The translations under genes and the position numbers were made by a program. The notes under the pieces are model-generated. The model saw only the letters and a program-made list of their open reading frames with translations, was not told where the DNA came from and made no database searches. From Thermoanaerobaculia bacterium (GTDB taxonomy: Bacteria > Acidobacteriota > Thermoanaerobaculia > Gp7-AA8), in contig DASSMK010000245.1 of the NCBI GenBank assembly GCA_035688915.1, forward strand, positions 1 through 61,928: a stretch of 61,928 nt of DNA, read 5' to 3'. Shown here one piece after another: positions 47,132-59,983 of this stretch (its first letter is position 1; the number at the start of each line of letters is the position of its first letter).

Positions 47132-48102
47132 CGCGATTTGACCGTCACAGAGAGACCATACGTCCACTTCTGCTCGAAAGTTTCCTCTTCAGCGAGGCTG
47201 CGTGTCCAGAGCTCGCGATAAACGTTCGGCGTAATTGTGAGAGCGCCGACCGGCAGCGCCACGTCGACGCGCAGGCCGCCCGTTTGGAATCCGCTGCCTT
47301 CATCGATCTCGCCGTGCCACCGGCCGATCGACTGGTACTGCCCGGCCAGACGCGTGGAGAGCGTCGCGCGATCGATGCGGAACGAGCGGCCCGCCGACCA
47401 GAGCACGAGATTCGGTGCGCGGAAGCCTTCGCGATTCTCGTAGAGCGTCAGCCGCGTTTCGGCGCCCGCGCTCCACTGCGCGCGACGCCATTGCGCGGAG
47501 AGCAGCGGCGCGAACGTGCCGGTGCCGAATTGCATGTGCTCGTGCGTCACGCCCGCGCGTCCGGCCGCGATCGGATCGCTTTCGATGCGACCCACCGGCA
47601 GCGACAGGCCACCGCCGAAGATCCACTCGCCGCGCTGCACGTCGAGCATGACCGACGGATCGCTGATGCCGGTCAGCGTTTCGGTGCGGTGATGGATGTC
47701 GCCGTACGGCGGCGTGAATGGCGCGCCGTCGAGCGTCGTGTAGCGCACGCGCATGTCCTTCACGTCATACGGCAGGCGCAGCACGAGTTGCATGGCGTCG
47801 CGGATGCCGTACGCCGCGGTCATCTCGTAATGCGCGAGGCCAACGCGCACGTGGTGTTCGTGCTCGGGAATGGTCATCGTCGCGCACTCGGGCGCTACGT
47901 CCGGGCACGTCGCTACGTGCGAAGTCGTGAGCGTGCCCCACGCGCTGTCGAAAGTGATGCGCCAGGCGCCTTGCGGCGCGATCGAGACGTTACCTGCTCC
48001 GCCGGAGAGGTTTGGATTCGCTCAAGCCGGTCAGGCGTATGCGGACGGCACGATGATCAGCGCCATCAGCGCGAGCGCCGCGAACAGCAGCACGCGCTTC
48101 AT
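47128..48102 (-). CDS. Secreted His-rich protein with two in-frame UGA codons right after the signal peptide (candidate selenoprotein, U-P-A-U), or alternatively a pseudogene
   Basis: Its ATG at 48102 overlaps the Trx-HMA stop (ATGA). Signal peptide MKRVLLFAALALMALIIVPSAYA is followed by TGA (48033-48031), CCG GCT, TGA (48024-48022). The same frame then stays open for about 298 more codons to 47128. The annotated ORF 47128..47877 is the in-frame 3' part. Confidence 0.5.
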
Positions 48103-48764
48103 CGCGCTTCCGCCTTCGTGAATCCGTCCAGCACCTGATCCCACATCCCGCCCGTCACCGCCGCCACGAACTTGCCGTTGCGATCGTAGATGCGCACGTA
48201 CGGCAGCGCTTCGGCGCGGAACTCGCGCGTGGCCTGCACCGCGGCGGGCGTGTCCCACTTGCCGACATTCACGCGCCGCAGCGCGAAGCCTTCGTGCGTG
48301 TGCATGTAATTGCGGATGCGCATCTCCAGCACGCTACAGGGACCGCACCAGTTCGCGTAAAAATCGACGATCGTTACTTTGCCCGGCACGAGCAACGTCT
48401 TCAGATCGAGCTTCTTCCCCTCTTCGTCCGTCTGGACGTCGAGCGCCTGATTCGCCGCCTCGGGCAGCGGCTGGAGGTCTTTGCGCGTTTCGCCGGGGAA
48501 AACCGCTTCGAAGCCGAGGTTGGTCAGCGCTTTATGCAGCTGTTCGCGATCGAAGCCGGCCGGAACATCGACAGTGGCCACGCCCGCTTTCCAGTCGAGC
48601 TTCACGCTCTTCACGCCGGGGACGGCGCGCAGCGCCTTCACGATCGGCGCGCTGCAGCCTTCGCAGTCGATGCCGACGACGGTGAACGTCATCGTGTCGG
48701 CAAAGGCGGGAACGGCGAGCGCGAAAAGGAAGATGGCCGCGAGTCGTTTCATCGACAGCGCCAA
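48099..48764 (-). CDS. Secreted fusion of a heavy-metal-associated (HMA) domain and a thioredoxin-like domain
   Basis: Signal MKRLAAIFLFALAVPAFA. HMA segment TFTVVGIDCEGCSAPIVKAL. Thioredoxin motif DFYANWCGPCSVLE. Alternative start at 48752. Confidence 0.85.
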   Translation of the reverse strand: MALSMKRLAAIFLFALAVPAFADTMTFTVVGIDCEGCSAPIVKALRAVPGVKSVKLDWKAGVATVDVPAGFDREQLHKALTNLGFEAVFPGETRKDLQPLPEAANQALDVQTDEEGKKLDLKTLLVPGKVTIVDFYANWCGPCSVLEMRIRNYMHTHEGFALRRVNVGKWDTPAAVQATREFRAEALPYVRIYDRNGKFVAAVTGGMWDQVLDGFTKAEAR

Positions 48765-48793
48765 ACGTCTCGCGTTGCGCGTTTAGTTCCGCA

Positions 48794-51430
48794 TCAAACG
48801 ACCGGGCGCGCGATCTCGAGCGTGCGCGGCTGGAAGACGGCCGTTTGCAGATACTCGAACGCGTTCGCAGCCGGGAGCGGCTTGCTGAACAGGTAGCCCT
48901 GCATCAGATCGCACGCGTAGTGGCGGAGGAAGTTGTACTGCTCCTCCGTCTCCACCCCTTCCGCCACGACGCGCAGCTGCAGCGTGTGGGCGAGATTGAT
49001 CACGTACGACACGATCGCCGCGGCCGTTTCGTCGCGCGTGACGTCGCGCAGAAACTCTTTGTCGATCTTGACCGTGTCGATCGGGAAGTCCTTCAGGTAG
49101 ATGAGCGACGACTGGCCGGTGCCGAAATCGTCCACGGCGATGCTGACGCCGAGCTCTTTCAGCTCGCGCAGCACTTTCGTGGTCTGCTCGATGTTCTGCA
49201 TGGCCGCGCTTTCGGTGATCTCGAGCTGCAGCAGTTGCGCGGGCAAACGGTTCTGTTCGAGCGCGTCGCGCACGACGTCGACGAGTCCCGGCTGCTGCAA
49301 CTGCACGGCCGAGATGTTCACCGCCATCTTCAGCGCCGTGAGACCGCGCTGATGCCATTCATGCAGCTGTTTGCACGCGGTGCGCAGCGCCCATTCGCCG
49401 ATCGGCACGATCATTCCGGTCTCTTCCGCGAGCGTGATGAACTCGGCCGGCTCGACGATGCCGCGATTCGGATCGCGCCAGCGCAACAGCGCTTCGAGCG
49501 AAACGATGCGGCGCCGGGCGCGGTCGTAGATCGGTTGGTAATACAGCTCAAGCTGCTGGCGCTCGATGGCGTGATGCAGATGCTGCTCGAGCGCGAGCCG
49601 CCGCACGTAGCGCTCGTTCATGCTGGCGGTGAAGAGCTGCGTCTGATTGCGGCCGAGCTCCTTCGCGCGATACATCGCCGCGTCCGCGCATTTCAGCAGC
49701 GATTCCACGTCGTCGCCGTCGGTCGGATAGAAGCTCACGCCGATGCTGGCAGTGACGAAGAGATCGTGACCGTCGACATCGAATGGCTCGGCGAGTGAGC
49801 CGAGGATCTTGCGCGCCACACCGGCGACGGCTTCGGTGTTCGTGACTTCGGGAAGGAGGATGCTGAACTCGTCGCCGCCGAGGCGGGAGATGGTGTCGGA
49901 GGCGCGGAGCGAGGCCTGGAGCCGCTCCGCGACGCGCGCGAGCAGCGTGTCGCCGGTGGTGTGCCCGAGTCCGTCGTTCACGAGCTTGAAGTGATCGAGG
50001 TCGAGATACATCACCGCCATGGCCACGTGATTGCGCCGCGCGTGTTGCAGCGCGTTGACCACGCGGTCGCGGAAGAGCAGGCGATTGGGCAGGCCGGTCA
50101 GCGAGTCGTAGTACGCGTGGTATTCGAGCTGCCGCTCGGTTTCCTTGCGCTGCGAGACATCGCGGTAATTGAGCACGATCGCGCCGACCGAGGGCTCGTG
50201 CAGCAGGTTCTGGCTGAAGCCTTCCAGCCAGATCCAGGTGCCGTTCTTGTGGCGGAAGCGCAGCTCGCCGTGCGCTTCGTGATTCGGCGACGCGACGACG
50301 GTATCGAAGACGCGCCGCGAAGACGCGAGCTCGCGCGGATGCACGAACTCGAGGAGCGAGCGGCCGAGGAGATCGTGTTCGCTGTAGCCGAGAAGATGCT
50401 GCGTGGATGAGCCGGCGAATGAGAAGCGGAGATCGCCGTCGAGCAGCGCCACGCCGCTCCAGCTTTTTTCGACGATGGTGCGGAAACGTTTCTCGCGGCG
50501 CTCCAGCTCACGCTCCGCGCGCTTGCGTCCGGAGATGTCGCGCACGAACGCGGTGAATGTCTGGTCGATCGCCGCGATGGTGATTTCGACCGGCATTTCT
50601 TCGCCGGTCGCGCGGCGTGCTTTCGATTCGAGGCGGCGCCGCGGCGTGTTCGAGGCGAGCGGCTCGCTGAGCATGCCGTCAGGCAGCGGCCGTCCGAGGA
50701 CATCGCGCGAGGCGAGGCCGAACGTCACTTCGGCCTGCGGATTCCATTCGATGACATTGCCCGCCGCGTCGACACTGATCACCGCGTCGAGCGCGCTCGC
50801 GATCAGCTGTCGCAACCGCGCTTCCGATTTGCGCAGCGCCAGTTCGGTCCGGCCGCGCGCGAGCGCTTCGCCGAGGATGTTGGCGGTAGCGACGAGGAAG
50901 CCGAGCTCGAAGTCGGCGAACGTGCGCTCGCTGTCGGAGTAGGCGAGGAGCACGCCCCACGGACCGTACTGCGTGCGCACGACCACGCCGGCGCCGCTGC
51001 GGATGTGGTGGTAGTCGCGAAGATGCGACGCCTTGAAGCGCGTCTCCGTGTCGAGATCGGGAAAGGTGATCGGGCCGTCTGCGAGCAGCGTGACCATCGC
51101 CAGCGCTTCATCTTCATCGCCATCGCGATCGCAGCGGCTGAAGGTGGCGTTCGCGCCGATGGCTGCGCGGACGAGCATGTTGCCGGAGCCGGAGAGCTCG
51201 AGCGCGCGGCAGTGGCTCACGCGCAGCGTCAGCTCGACGAGCGCGCAGGCCTGGCCGAGGAGGATGAAAGGGTCGACGCCGGTGAGAGCGGCCTGGCCGA
51301 GCTCCGCGATGGCGGTTTGCTGCCGGTCGCGCGCTTCGATTTCAGACTTCAGCCGCGCAAGCTCCGCGTCCGCCGCAGAACTCTGCGCTTCGCCGCCGCG
51401 GATGAGGTGGAGCGGCTGCTGCTCACTCAT
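48794..51430 (-). CDS. GAF-PAS-PAS-GGDEF-EAL signalling protein (c-di-GMP turnover)
   Basis: 878 aa. GGDEF site RLGGDEFSIL, EAL domain EALLRW...QLEITES...DDFGTGQSSL, and upstream PAS and GAF-like modules. Confidence 0.92.
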   Translation of the reverse strand: MSEQQPLHLIRGGEAQSSAADAELARLKSEIEARDRQQTAIAELGQAALTGVDPFILLGQACALVELTLRVSHCRALELSGSGNMLVRAAIGANATFSRCDRDGDEDEALAMVTLLADGPITFPDLDTETRFKASHLRDYHHIRSGAGVVVRTQYGPWGVLLAYSDSERTFADFELGFLVATANILGEALARGRTELALRKSEARLRQLIASALDAVISVDAAGNVIEWNPQAEVTFGLASRDVLGRPLPDGMLSEPLASNTPRRRLESKARRATGEEMPVEITIAAIDQTFTAFVRDISGRKRAERELERREKRFRTIVEKSWSGVALLDGDLRFSFAGSSTQHLLGYSEHDLLGRSLLEFVHPRELASSRRVFDTVVASPNHEAHGELRFRHKNGTWIWLEGFSQNLLHEPSVGAIVLNYRDVSQRKETERQLEYHAYYDSLTGLPNRLLFRDRVVNALQHARRNHVAMAVMYLDLDHFKLVNDGLGHTTGDTLLARVAERLQASLRASDTISRLGGDEFSILLPEVTNTEAVAGVARKILGSLAEPFDVDGHDLFVTASIGVSFYPTDGDDVESLLKCADAAMYRAKELGRNQTQLFTASMNERYVRRLALEQHLHHAIERQQLELYYQPIYDRARRRIVSLEALLRWRDPNRGIVEPAEFITLAEETGMIVPIGEWALRTACKQLHEWHQRGLTALKMAVNISAVQLQQPGLVDVVRDALEQNRLPAQLLQLEITESAAMQNIEQTTKVLRELKELGVSIAVDDFGTGQSSLIYLKDFPIDTVKIDKEFLRDVTRDETAAAIVSYVINLAHTLQLRVVAEGVETEEQYNFLRHYACDLMQGYLFSKPLPAANAFEYLQTAVFQPRTLEIARPVV

Positions 51431-51649
51431 GGTTGGTGTTCGGGCTCAGCTATGCGAGATCGCTGCCGTAGGGGTGGAGTGAATGTATACGCGGCCGGGG
51501 TGGGGACGTGTGATGGGGATCGCAGGGGAGGGGATTTTTTCGGGGTCGAAGGGGGGCAACCAGCCGCACATTCAGAAGGGATCGTGCAAAACATTCGAAG
51601 GATCGTCCAACGGTTCGCCTCCGCCGCGCTATCTCTGGTGCTGGTGAAA

Positions 51650-51890
51650 CAAGAAAGGCCGCATCGACGTGCTGGTCAAACAATCCTGAATTTCTACGCT
51701 GGCTATTTCGAGGAGCTGACGCCGGAGCAGGTCGACCGGCAGTTAGCAGTGAGTCTCGTCGGCCCGATGAACGTCACCCGCGCGGTCGTGCCCGTAATGC
51801 GCGCCAGCAGCGCTCGGGGCACATCATCTCTATCTCCTTGTCAGCAGGTCTGGCCGCCGGTTTCGACTTCCCCGCACGGCGTGCCGCCAC
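51650..51890 (+). pseudogene. Decayed short-chain dehydrogenase/reductase fragment
   Basis: SDR signature pieces are spread over three frames with stops between them: GRIDVLV (51657-), NFYAGYFEELTPEQVDRQLAVSLVGPMNVTRAVVPVMRA, and GHIISIS. Confidence 0.5.
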
Positions 51891-51904
51891 CGCGAGACGC
51901 TCGC

Positions 51905-52436
51905 TCGTTGTATGTCGGCGAGGCCGACACGAACATCATTGACGCGGCGACGAGACTCCTCGAGCTCATGGCGCAGCCGGCCGATGCCGAGCTGCGCATC
52001 CCTCGTGCGCGACGAGATTCTGATCCGCCTGCTTCGCAGTGCCCTCGGCAGTCGCGTCGTGCAGACTGGCCATACCGGATCAAGCGTGCAGCGAATCGCG
52101 AGCGCTGTGTCACGGCTGCGCGCGAATTTCGACCAGACCGCGACCATCGAAGAGCTGGCGAAGCTGGTGAACATGAGCGTCACGTCGTTTCACCGGCAGT
52201 TCGAAGCGATCACGCGCATGAGCCCATTGCAGTATCAGAAAACGCTCCGGCTGCAGGAAGCGAGACGGCTGATGCTGGCGGCGATGATCGACGCGGGCAG
52301 TGCCGGCCGGCGCGTCGGCTACGGCAGCGCGTCCCAGTTCAGCCGCGAATACAACCGCTTCTTCGGGAGCGCGACGGCGAAGGACATCAACCGCGTGCGC
52401 GAAGACGGTTTGCGGACGACAGGCGCGCCCGAATAG
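51905..52436 (+). pseudogene. N-terminally truncated and frameshifted AraC-family regulator (AraC_N + HTH_18 type)
   Basis: ...DAATRLLELMAQPADAEL in one frame, then VRDEILIRLLRSALGSRV...IEELAKLVNMSVTSFHRQFEAITRMSPLQYQKTLRLQEARRLML...VGYGSASQFSREYNRFFG in the next. The frameshift is near 52001-52005. Confidence 0.6.
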
Positions 52437-52623
52437 CCGGCGTTCGACCGGATTCAAACGTCCGACTCCAACGTCGTGGGGGCGCCGGCTCCGTGGCACG
52501 CGTGATTGTGGCCTCCCTCGAATTCGATTTCGTCGAGCTCCAGCCGCGTGTCTACTTTATTGATCCGCGCGTGCGCCTCTGCGAAACGCGATCACAATCG
52601 CATCCATGATGACGCGACCGACT

Positions 52624-53367
52624 TCACTTCGCAGCCTGACCCTCGAGCTGGCGACGCGGAATGATGGCTGTGCCGCCGATGAACCAAAGTGCGACAAGGC
52701 GACGCTGAAGCGGTGAGGGATTCGGTCCCGATCCGTGTGCAAGGTGCGGGTGAAAGACAATCGCGTCACCGGGATCGAGCGGGATCAGCGTTCGCCTGCT
52801 CTCGTCGAAGACGCCCGCGTTCGTATGGGAAGTGTCGTAGTCGAAGGTCACCGCGCCGCCCAAATGGGTGCCGGAGAGTACCTCGAACCCGCCGTTCACC
52901 TCGTCGGCACGATCGAGCGCAATCACCAGATTTGCTCCTCCGTATTTTGAGATCGCGTCACGCTGCTGCCAGGCGACGAACGCCGCATCCTGGTGCCAGG
53001 GAAAGCCAGTGCCGACTTTGGGCGCCTTCAGGTTGATCTGATCGACGATCCACCGTGGCGAGGTCACGCCTACGGACTCGATGAGCTTCAGGACACGCCG
53101 GTCGTTGCGGAGGAGGGCGACCTCCACGCTCGCGGACGACGCAAACGTGATTTTGCGCAGCGCGCCGGCCTCGATCGCGGTCTCCCCTCGGCGACCGCTC
53201 GCAGTTTGCACCTGATAGCGCGCGCCGTCGATCTCGGCGTCGGCCCGCAGGTTCGCACCCTTCGACGCCAGCTCATCGCTCGCCGTGCGAAGGGCTTCGA
53301 CGTCTCGCGGTGTGAGAAAACGCTGAACGAGCACCCACCCGTCGCGGTCAAAACGTTCGCGGATCAT
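52624..53367 (-). CDS. Phytanoyl-CoA dioxygenase (PhyH) family Fe(II)/2-oxoglutarate oxygenase
   Basis: MIRERFDRDGWVLVQRFL..., metal motif FPWHQDAAF, distal HPHLAHGSGPN. Same strand as hsdR and about 210 bp downstream of it. Confidence 0.75.
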   Translation of the reverse strand: MIRERFDRDGWVLVQRFLTPRDVEALRTASDELASKGANLRADAEIDGARYQVQTASGRRGETAIEAGALRKITFASSASVEVALLRNDRRVLKLIESVGVTSPRWIVDQINLKAPKVGTGFPWHQDAAFVAWQQRDAISKYGGANLVIALDRADEVNGGFEVLSGTHLGGAVTFDYDTSHTNAGVFDESRRTLIPLDPGDAIVFHPHLAHGSGPNPSPLQRRLVALWFIGGTAIIPRRQLEGQAAK

Positions 53368-53578
53368 GGGTGCACCCGCAAGCGGCGGTGCGACTGCTCC
53401 ATCACGCCGGATTGTCCCATCACAGGCGATTGGATGAGAGCGCACGAGGCGGACGGTACTCGTCGGTGAGACCGTAATTGTTCCGCGCCGCTTTGTGCAC
53501 CGGGCCTCCGCTACTTCGCTGCCGGGCTGTCCCTCTCGCACCGGGCCGTCGCTGGCGCTGACCGCCACGACGCGCGCT

Positions 53579-56670
<3,092 letters not shown>

Positions 56671-56674
<4 letters not shown>

Positions 56675-57876
56675 ACGGCTGCTCCCGCAGTTGCGTCGGC
56701 CACTACGTCTTCCGCGTCGCGTACGCGGAGCTCACCGGAGAGGAGTTTGGGGAGGAGCGTGTCGCGGATTTGGGCGAGCGTCGCGCTTTCGTGTTCGTTT
56801 GACAGTTGTCGCTGCACGAGCGGCTTTGCGATCTGCGCGAATACGCGTTGCTTTTCGAGCGGTGCGTACGGTATTTCGAAGCTACCTAGGCGAGCGCCGC
56901 TCAATTCCGTCTGACCGGTGGAGCCCTCACCAAGCTCCTCAATGTCATCCTGGCTCATTCGAAGTACAAATCCGACGTATAGCTCGTCAACAACGTCCAC
57001 GTCCGGCCGCACCACCGTCACGTGAGAATCAAACGTTGTCCGCTCGGTCAGGTCATGCACTTGAGCAACCCGACCGAGAGTTCCGACCCCTGTCGAGTTC
57101 ACGACGATGTCGCCGACCCTGAGAAGAAGTCCGTCCACTGCTCGGCCATGGGTATCATCGTGCCTTCGACACGCGTCAAATGACAACCATCCATCGCGAA
57201 CACACTTTTGGTTGACGACCCGCACGCCGCCAGCAGGAACGTACGTCGGGCTGACGCCGCGACGGAGGGCTGTGACCACATCACGGAGTTCAGCGCGGCT
57301 TGTTTCGGACGCAAAGTGCTTGAGAAACACTGCGCGCGCGATCGCCTCCAGCGTCTCGTTCATGCGCCGGTTCAACTCGATCTTGTCATCAAGTGCGCAA
57401 AGGATCTCGGCGATACGACGCTGTTGCGGTCTCGAAGGAAGCACGATTTCGAAGCGTCGTAGTTCCTCGCTATTAAGCCGTCCGGTGCCGTGTCCTGCCA
57501 GGTCGACCATGGAGAGGAGATCAAGCTTCCGACCGACGAGGATGTATGGCAGAAACGTCGGATCCAGTGCGGGCTTAGCAATCAGCGCTTTGATGTCCTG
57601 ATTGAAAGTCATGCGTGTTTTTGCGACCACGACCGGCACATCTTTCAACAGGGTCATGCCTCGCGTGAGGAGCAACGTGGTACCGGGATTGACGAATCGC
57701 GTTCCGGCCGCGGCACCGTCTTCAGAAACGTGATCGGCGGTGTCCCAAAGGTAAAACGATTTCAGGTCCTTGGCAGATGCCCACGGAATCGAGCCGCTCC
57801 AGTAATGTGGCGTTGACGTATTCGGTGTCCCCCCCGAGATGAAATCCACAACATCGCCGAGATGCACTTTACGCAT
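56671..57876 (-). CDS. hsdS: Type I restriction-modification specificity subunit
   Basis: 401 aa with two target-recognition domains separated by conserved helices ([39 protein letters not shown]; ...[10 protein letters not shown]). Overlaps hsdR by 4 nt and hsdM by 8 nt. Confidence 0.9.
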
Positions 57877-59464
57877 TGGATATCATCTTTAGCTTTACAC
57901 GGATTACGTCGGTCAGGTGCTGAGATTGGTCGAACTGCTGTTCAAGTGTCTTGATCAGTCGGATGACTTTCTCTTCAAATGGCTCGGCGTCCTCTTCGAC
58001 GTTAGCGGCACCCACATACCGCCCAGGCGTCAGCGCGTATCCATGCTCCTTAATCTGCCCGACCGTCGCGCTCGCGCAGAATCCCGCAATATCCACGTAC
58101 TCCCCAGCGCCTTTGTCCCCGCGCCACGCGTGATACGTCCCGGCAATCCTGGCGTTGTCCTCATCGGTCAGTTCGCGGTGCACACGATCAATGAGCGTCC
58201 CGAGCTTCCGCGCGTCGATGAACAGCGTCGACCCGCGGCGGTCGCGATGGCGTCCATCATTCTTGTTGCGGGTGAGGAACCAGAGGCAGACCGGGATTTG
58301 CGTCGAGTAGAAGAGTTGTCCCGGCAGCGCCACCATGCAGTCGACCAGGTCGGCCTCGATGATGTTCTTTCGGATCTCCCCTTCGCCTGATTGGTTCGAC
58401 GACATGCTGCCGTTGGCCAGGACGAAGCCGGCCGTGCCATTGGGAGCGAGGTGATGAATGAAGTGCTGGACCCAGGCAAAGTTCGCGTTGCCGGCCGGTG
58501 GGACGCCGTACTTCCAGCGGACGTCGGTCTTCAACTTCTCGCCGCCCCAGTCGCTGTCGTTGAACGGCGGATTGGCTAGAACGTAGTCGGCCTTCAGGTC
58601 TTTGTGCAGGTCATTGTGAAACGTGTCGCTGTTCGCCGGCCCAAGATTCGCGTCGATGTGGCGGATGGCGAGGTTCATCTTCGCCAGACGCCAGGTAGTG
58701 TGGTTCGACTCCTGACCATAGACGGCAATGTCGCCGAGCTTGCCGCCGTGGGCCTCGATGAACTTCTCGCTCTGCACGAACATCCCACCCGACCCGCAGC
58801 ACGGGTCGTAGACGCGCCCTTTAAACGGCGCGAGCATTTCGACGAGCACGCGCACGACCGATTGCGGCGTGTAGAACTGGCCGCCCTTCTTCCCCTCGGC
58901 GCTCGCGAACTGCGAGAGAAAATATTCGTAGACGCGTCCGAGGGTGTCTTTCGAGCGGTTCTCGCGATCGCCGAGGCCGATAGTGCCGATCAGATCGATC
59001 AGCTCGCCGAGGCGACTTTTGTCGAGTGCCGGACGGGCGAAATCCTTCGGCAACACGTGTTTCAGCGACGGGTTGTCACGCTCGATGGACGTCATGGCGT
59101 CATCGATGATCTTCCCGATCTCCGGCTGCTTGGCGTTGTCCCGCAGCTTCCTCCAGCGCGCCTCGAGCGGCACCCAGAACACGTTGTGCGACGCGTACTC
59201 ATCGCGATCCTCGAGCAGCTCTTCACGCTCCGCCTCGTCCTTGACGAACCACTGACTCGCGGGCTCGGAGCTCTCGACGAGAATCTGGTTGCGCCGCTCG
59301 TCGAAGGCGTCGGAGATGTACTTCAGGAAGATGAGGCCGAGGACGACGTGCTTGTACTCGGCCGCATCCATGTTGTTGCGGAGCTTGTCCGCCGCCGCCC
59401 AGAGCGTGGCTTCGAACCCGAGGCTCGCTGACGAGCCGTTCTTCTGTTTCGCTTTCCTTGGCAA
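57869..59464 (-). CDS. hsdM: Type I restriction-modification N6-adenine DNA methyltransferase subunit
   Basis: [39 protein letters not shown]-terminal domain, SAM motif DPCCGSGGM, catalytic NPPF. The likely start is TTG 59464 with GGGAGA upstream. The ORF opens at GTG 59545. Confidence 0.93.
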   Translation of the reverse strand: MPRKAKQKNGSSASLGFEATLWAAADKLRNNMDAAEYKHVVLGLIFLKYISDAFDERRNQILVESSEPASQWFVKDEAEREELLEDRDEYASHNVFWVPLEARWRKLRDNAKQPEIGKIIDDAMTSIERDNPSLKHVLPKDFARPALDKSRLGELIDLIGTIGLGDRENRSKDTLGRVYEYFLSQFASAEGKKGGQFYTPQSVVRVLVEMLAPFKGRVYDPCCGSGGMFVQSEKFIEAHGGKLGDIAVYGQESNHTTWRLAKMNLAIRHIDANLGPANSDTFHNDLHKDLKADYVLANPPFNDSDWGGEKLKTDVRWKYGVPPAGNANFAWVQHFIHHLAPNGTAGFVLANGSMSSNQSGEGEIRKNIIEADLVDCMVALPGQLFYSTQIPVCLWFLTRNKNDGRHRDRRGSTLFIDARKLGTLIDRVHRELTDEDNARIAGTYHAWRGDKGAGEYVDIAGFCASATVGQIKEHGYALTPGRYVGAANVEEDAEPFEEKVIRLIKTLEQQFDQSQHLTDVIRVKLKMISNA

Positions 59465-59695
59465 GAGATCTCCCGATAACGACGACCGAAGGCGACATTC
59501 TCGCCGATGTCGACGTCCATGCCCACCGGCTTCAAGCGCGTCCACCCGAGAGTACGTCCCATTCGCCGTTGAGTCGCCAGCTTCGACTTTGCTTCGTCAC
59601 GAATGACACGGTAGGACGGCCAGAAGGAGCGCGCCTGCGACCGACGTCTCACAGCGTCGGCGGCGGCTCGGAACAGCGCACCGTGTCCGTCGCCG

Positions 59696-59955
59696 TCACT
59701 TCGGCAACAACGCCTGCAAGTTCGTCTTATCGAACGTGCCCACGAGATCCATCACCTTGCAGTCCAGGGCAACCGCAAGCCGAATGATCGTCGTGAGGCT
59801 CGGCACCTTGAACCCATTTCCATGTTGCTGATGTAGGCCTCTGACATCCCTGCGGCTACCGCGAGTGCCTGCTGGGTGACGCCTCGCTTCAGACGCACGG
59901 CGCGGAGTCGTTCGCCGAAGAGCTTTCCTTCCGGCTGAACATTTTTCGCTACCAC
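59696..59955 (-). pseudogene. XRE-family HTH regulator carrying a -1 frameshift in an A-run (or a sequencing error)
   Basis: KLFGERLRAVRLKRGVTQQALAVAAGMSEAYISNME in one frame. The expected continuation GFKVPSLTTIIRLAVALDCKVMDLVGTF...LLPK-stop (59698-59696) is in the -1 frame. The shift occurs at GAAATGGG (about 59813-59820). Confidence 0.6.
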
Positions 59956-59983
59956 GCGTCGCACTACTTGTCTTTTGGAGTAA

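Noticed and set aside
53368-53568. N-terminal extension of the PhyH ORF to 53568
   Set aside because: The extra 67 aa (MAVSASDGPVREGQPGSEV...) show no family similarity. PhyH proteins usually start close to the ...RFxRDGWVLV motif found right after Met at 53367.
59323-59652. 109-aa ORF between the XRE gene and hsdM as a toxin or antitoxin partner
   Set aside because: It overlaps 140 nt of hsdM in another frame, has Arg/Ser-rich composition and no recognisable fold motif. There is not enough support to call it.
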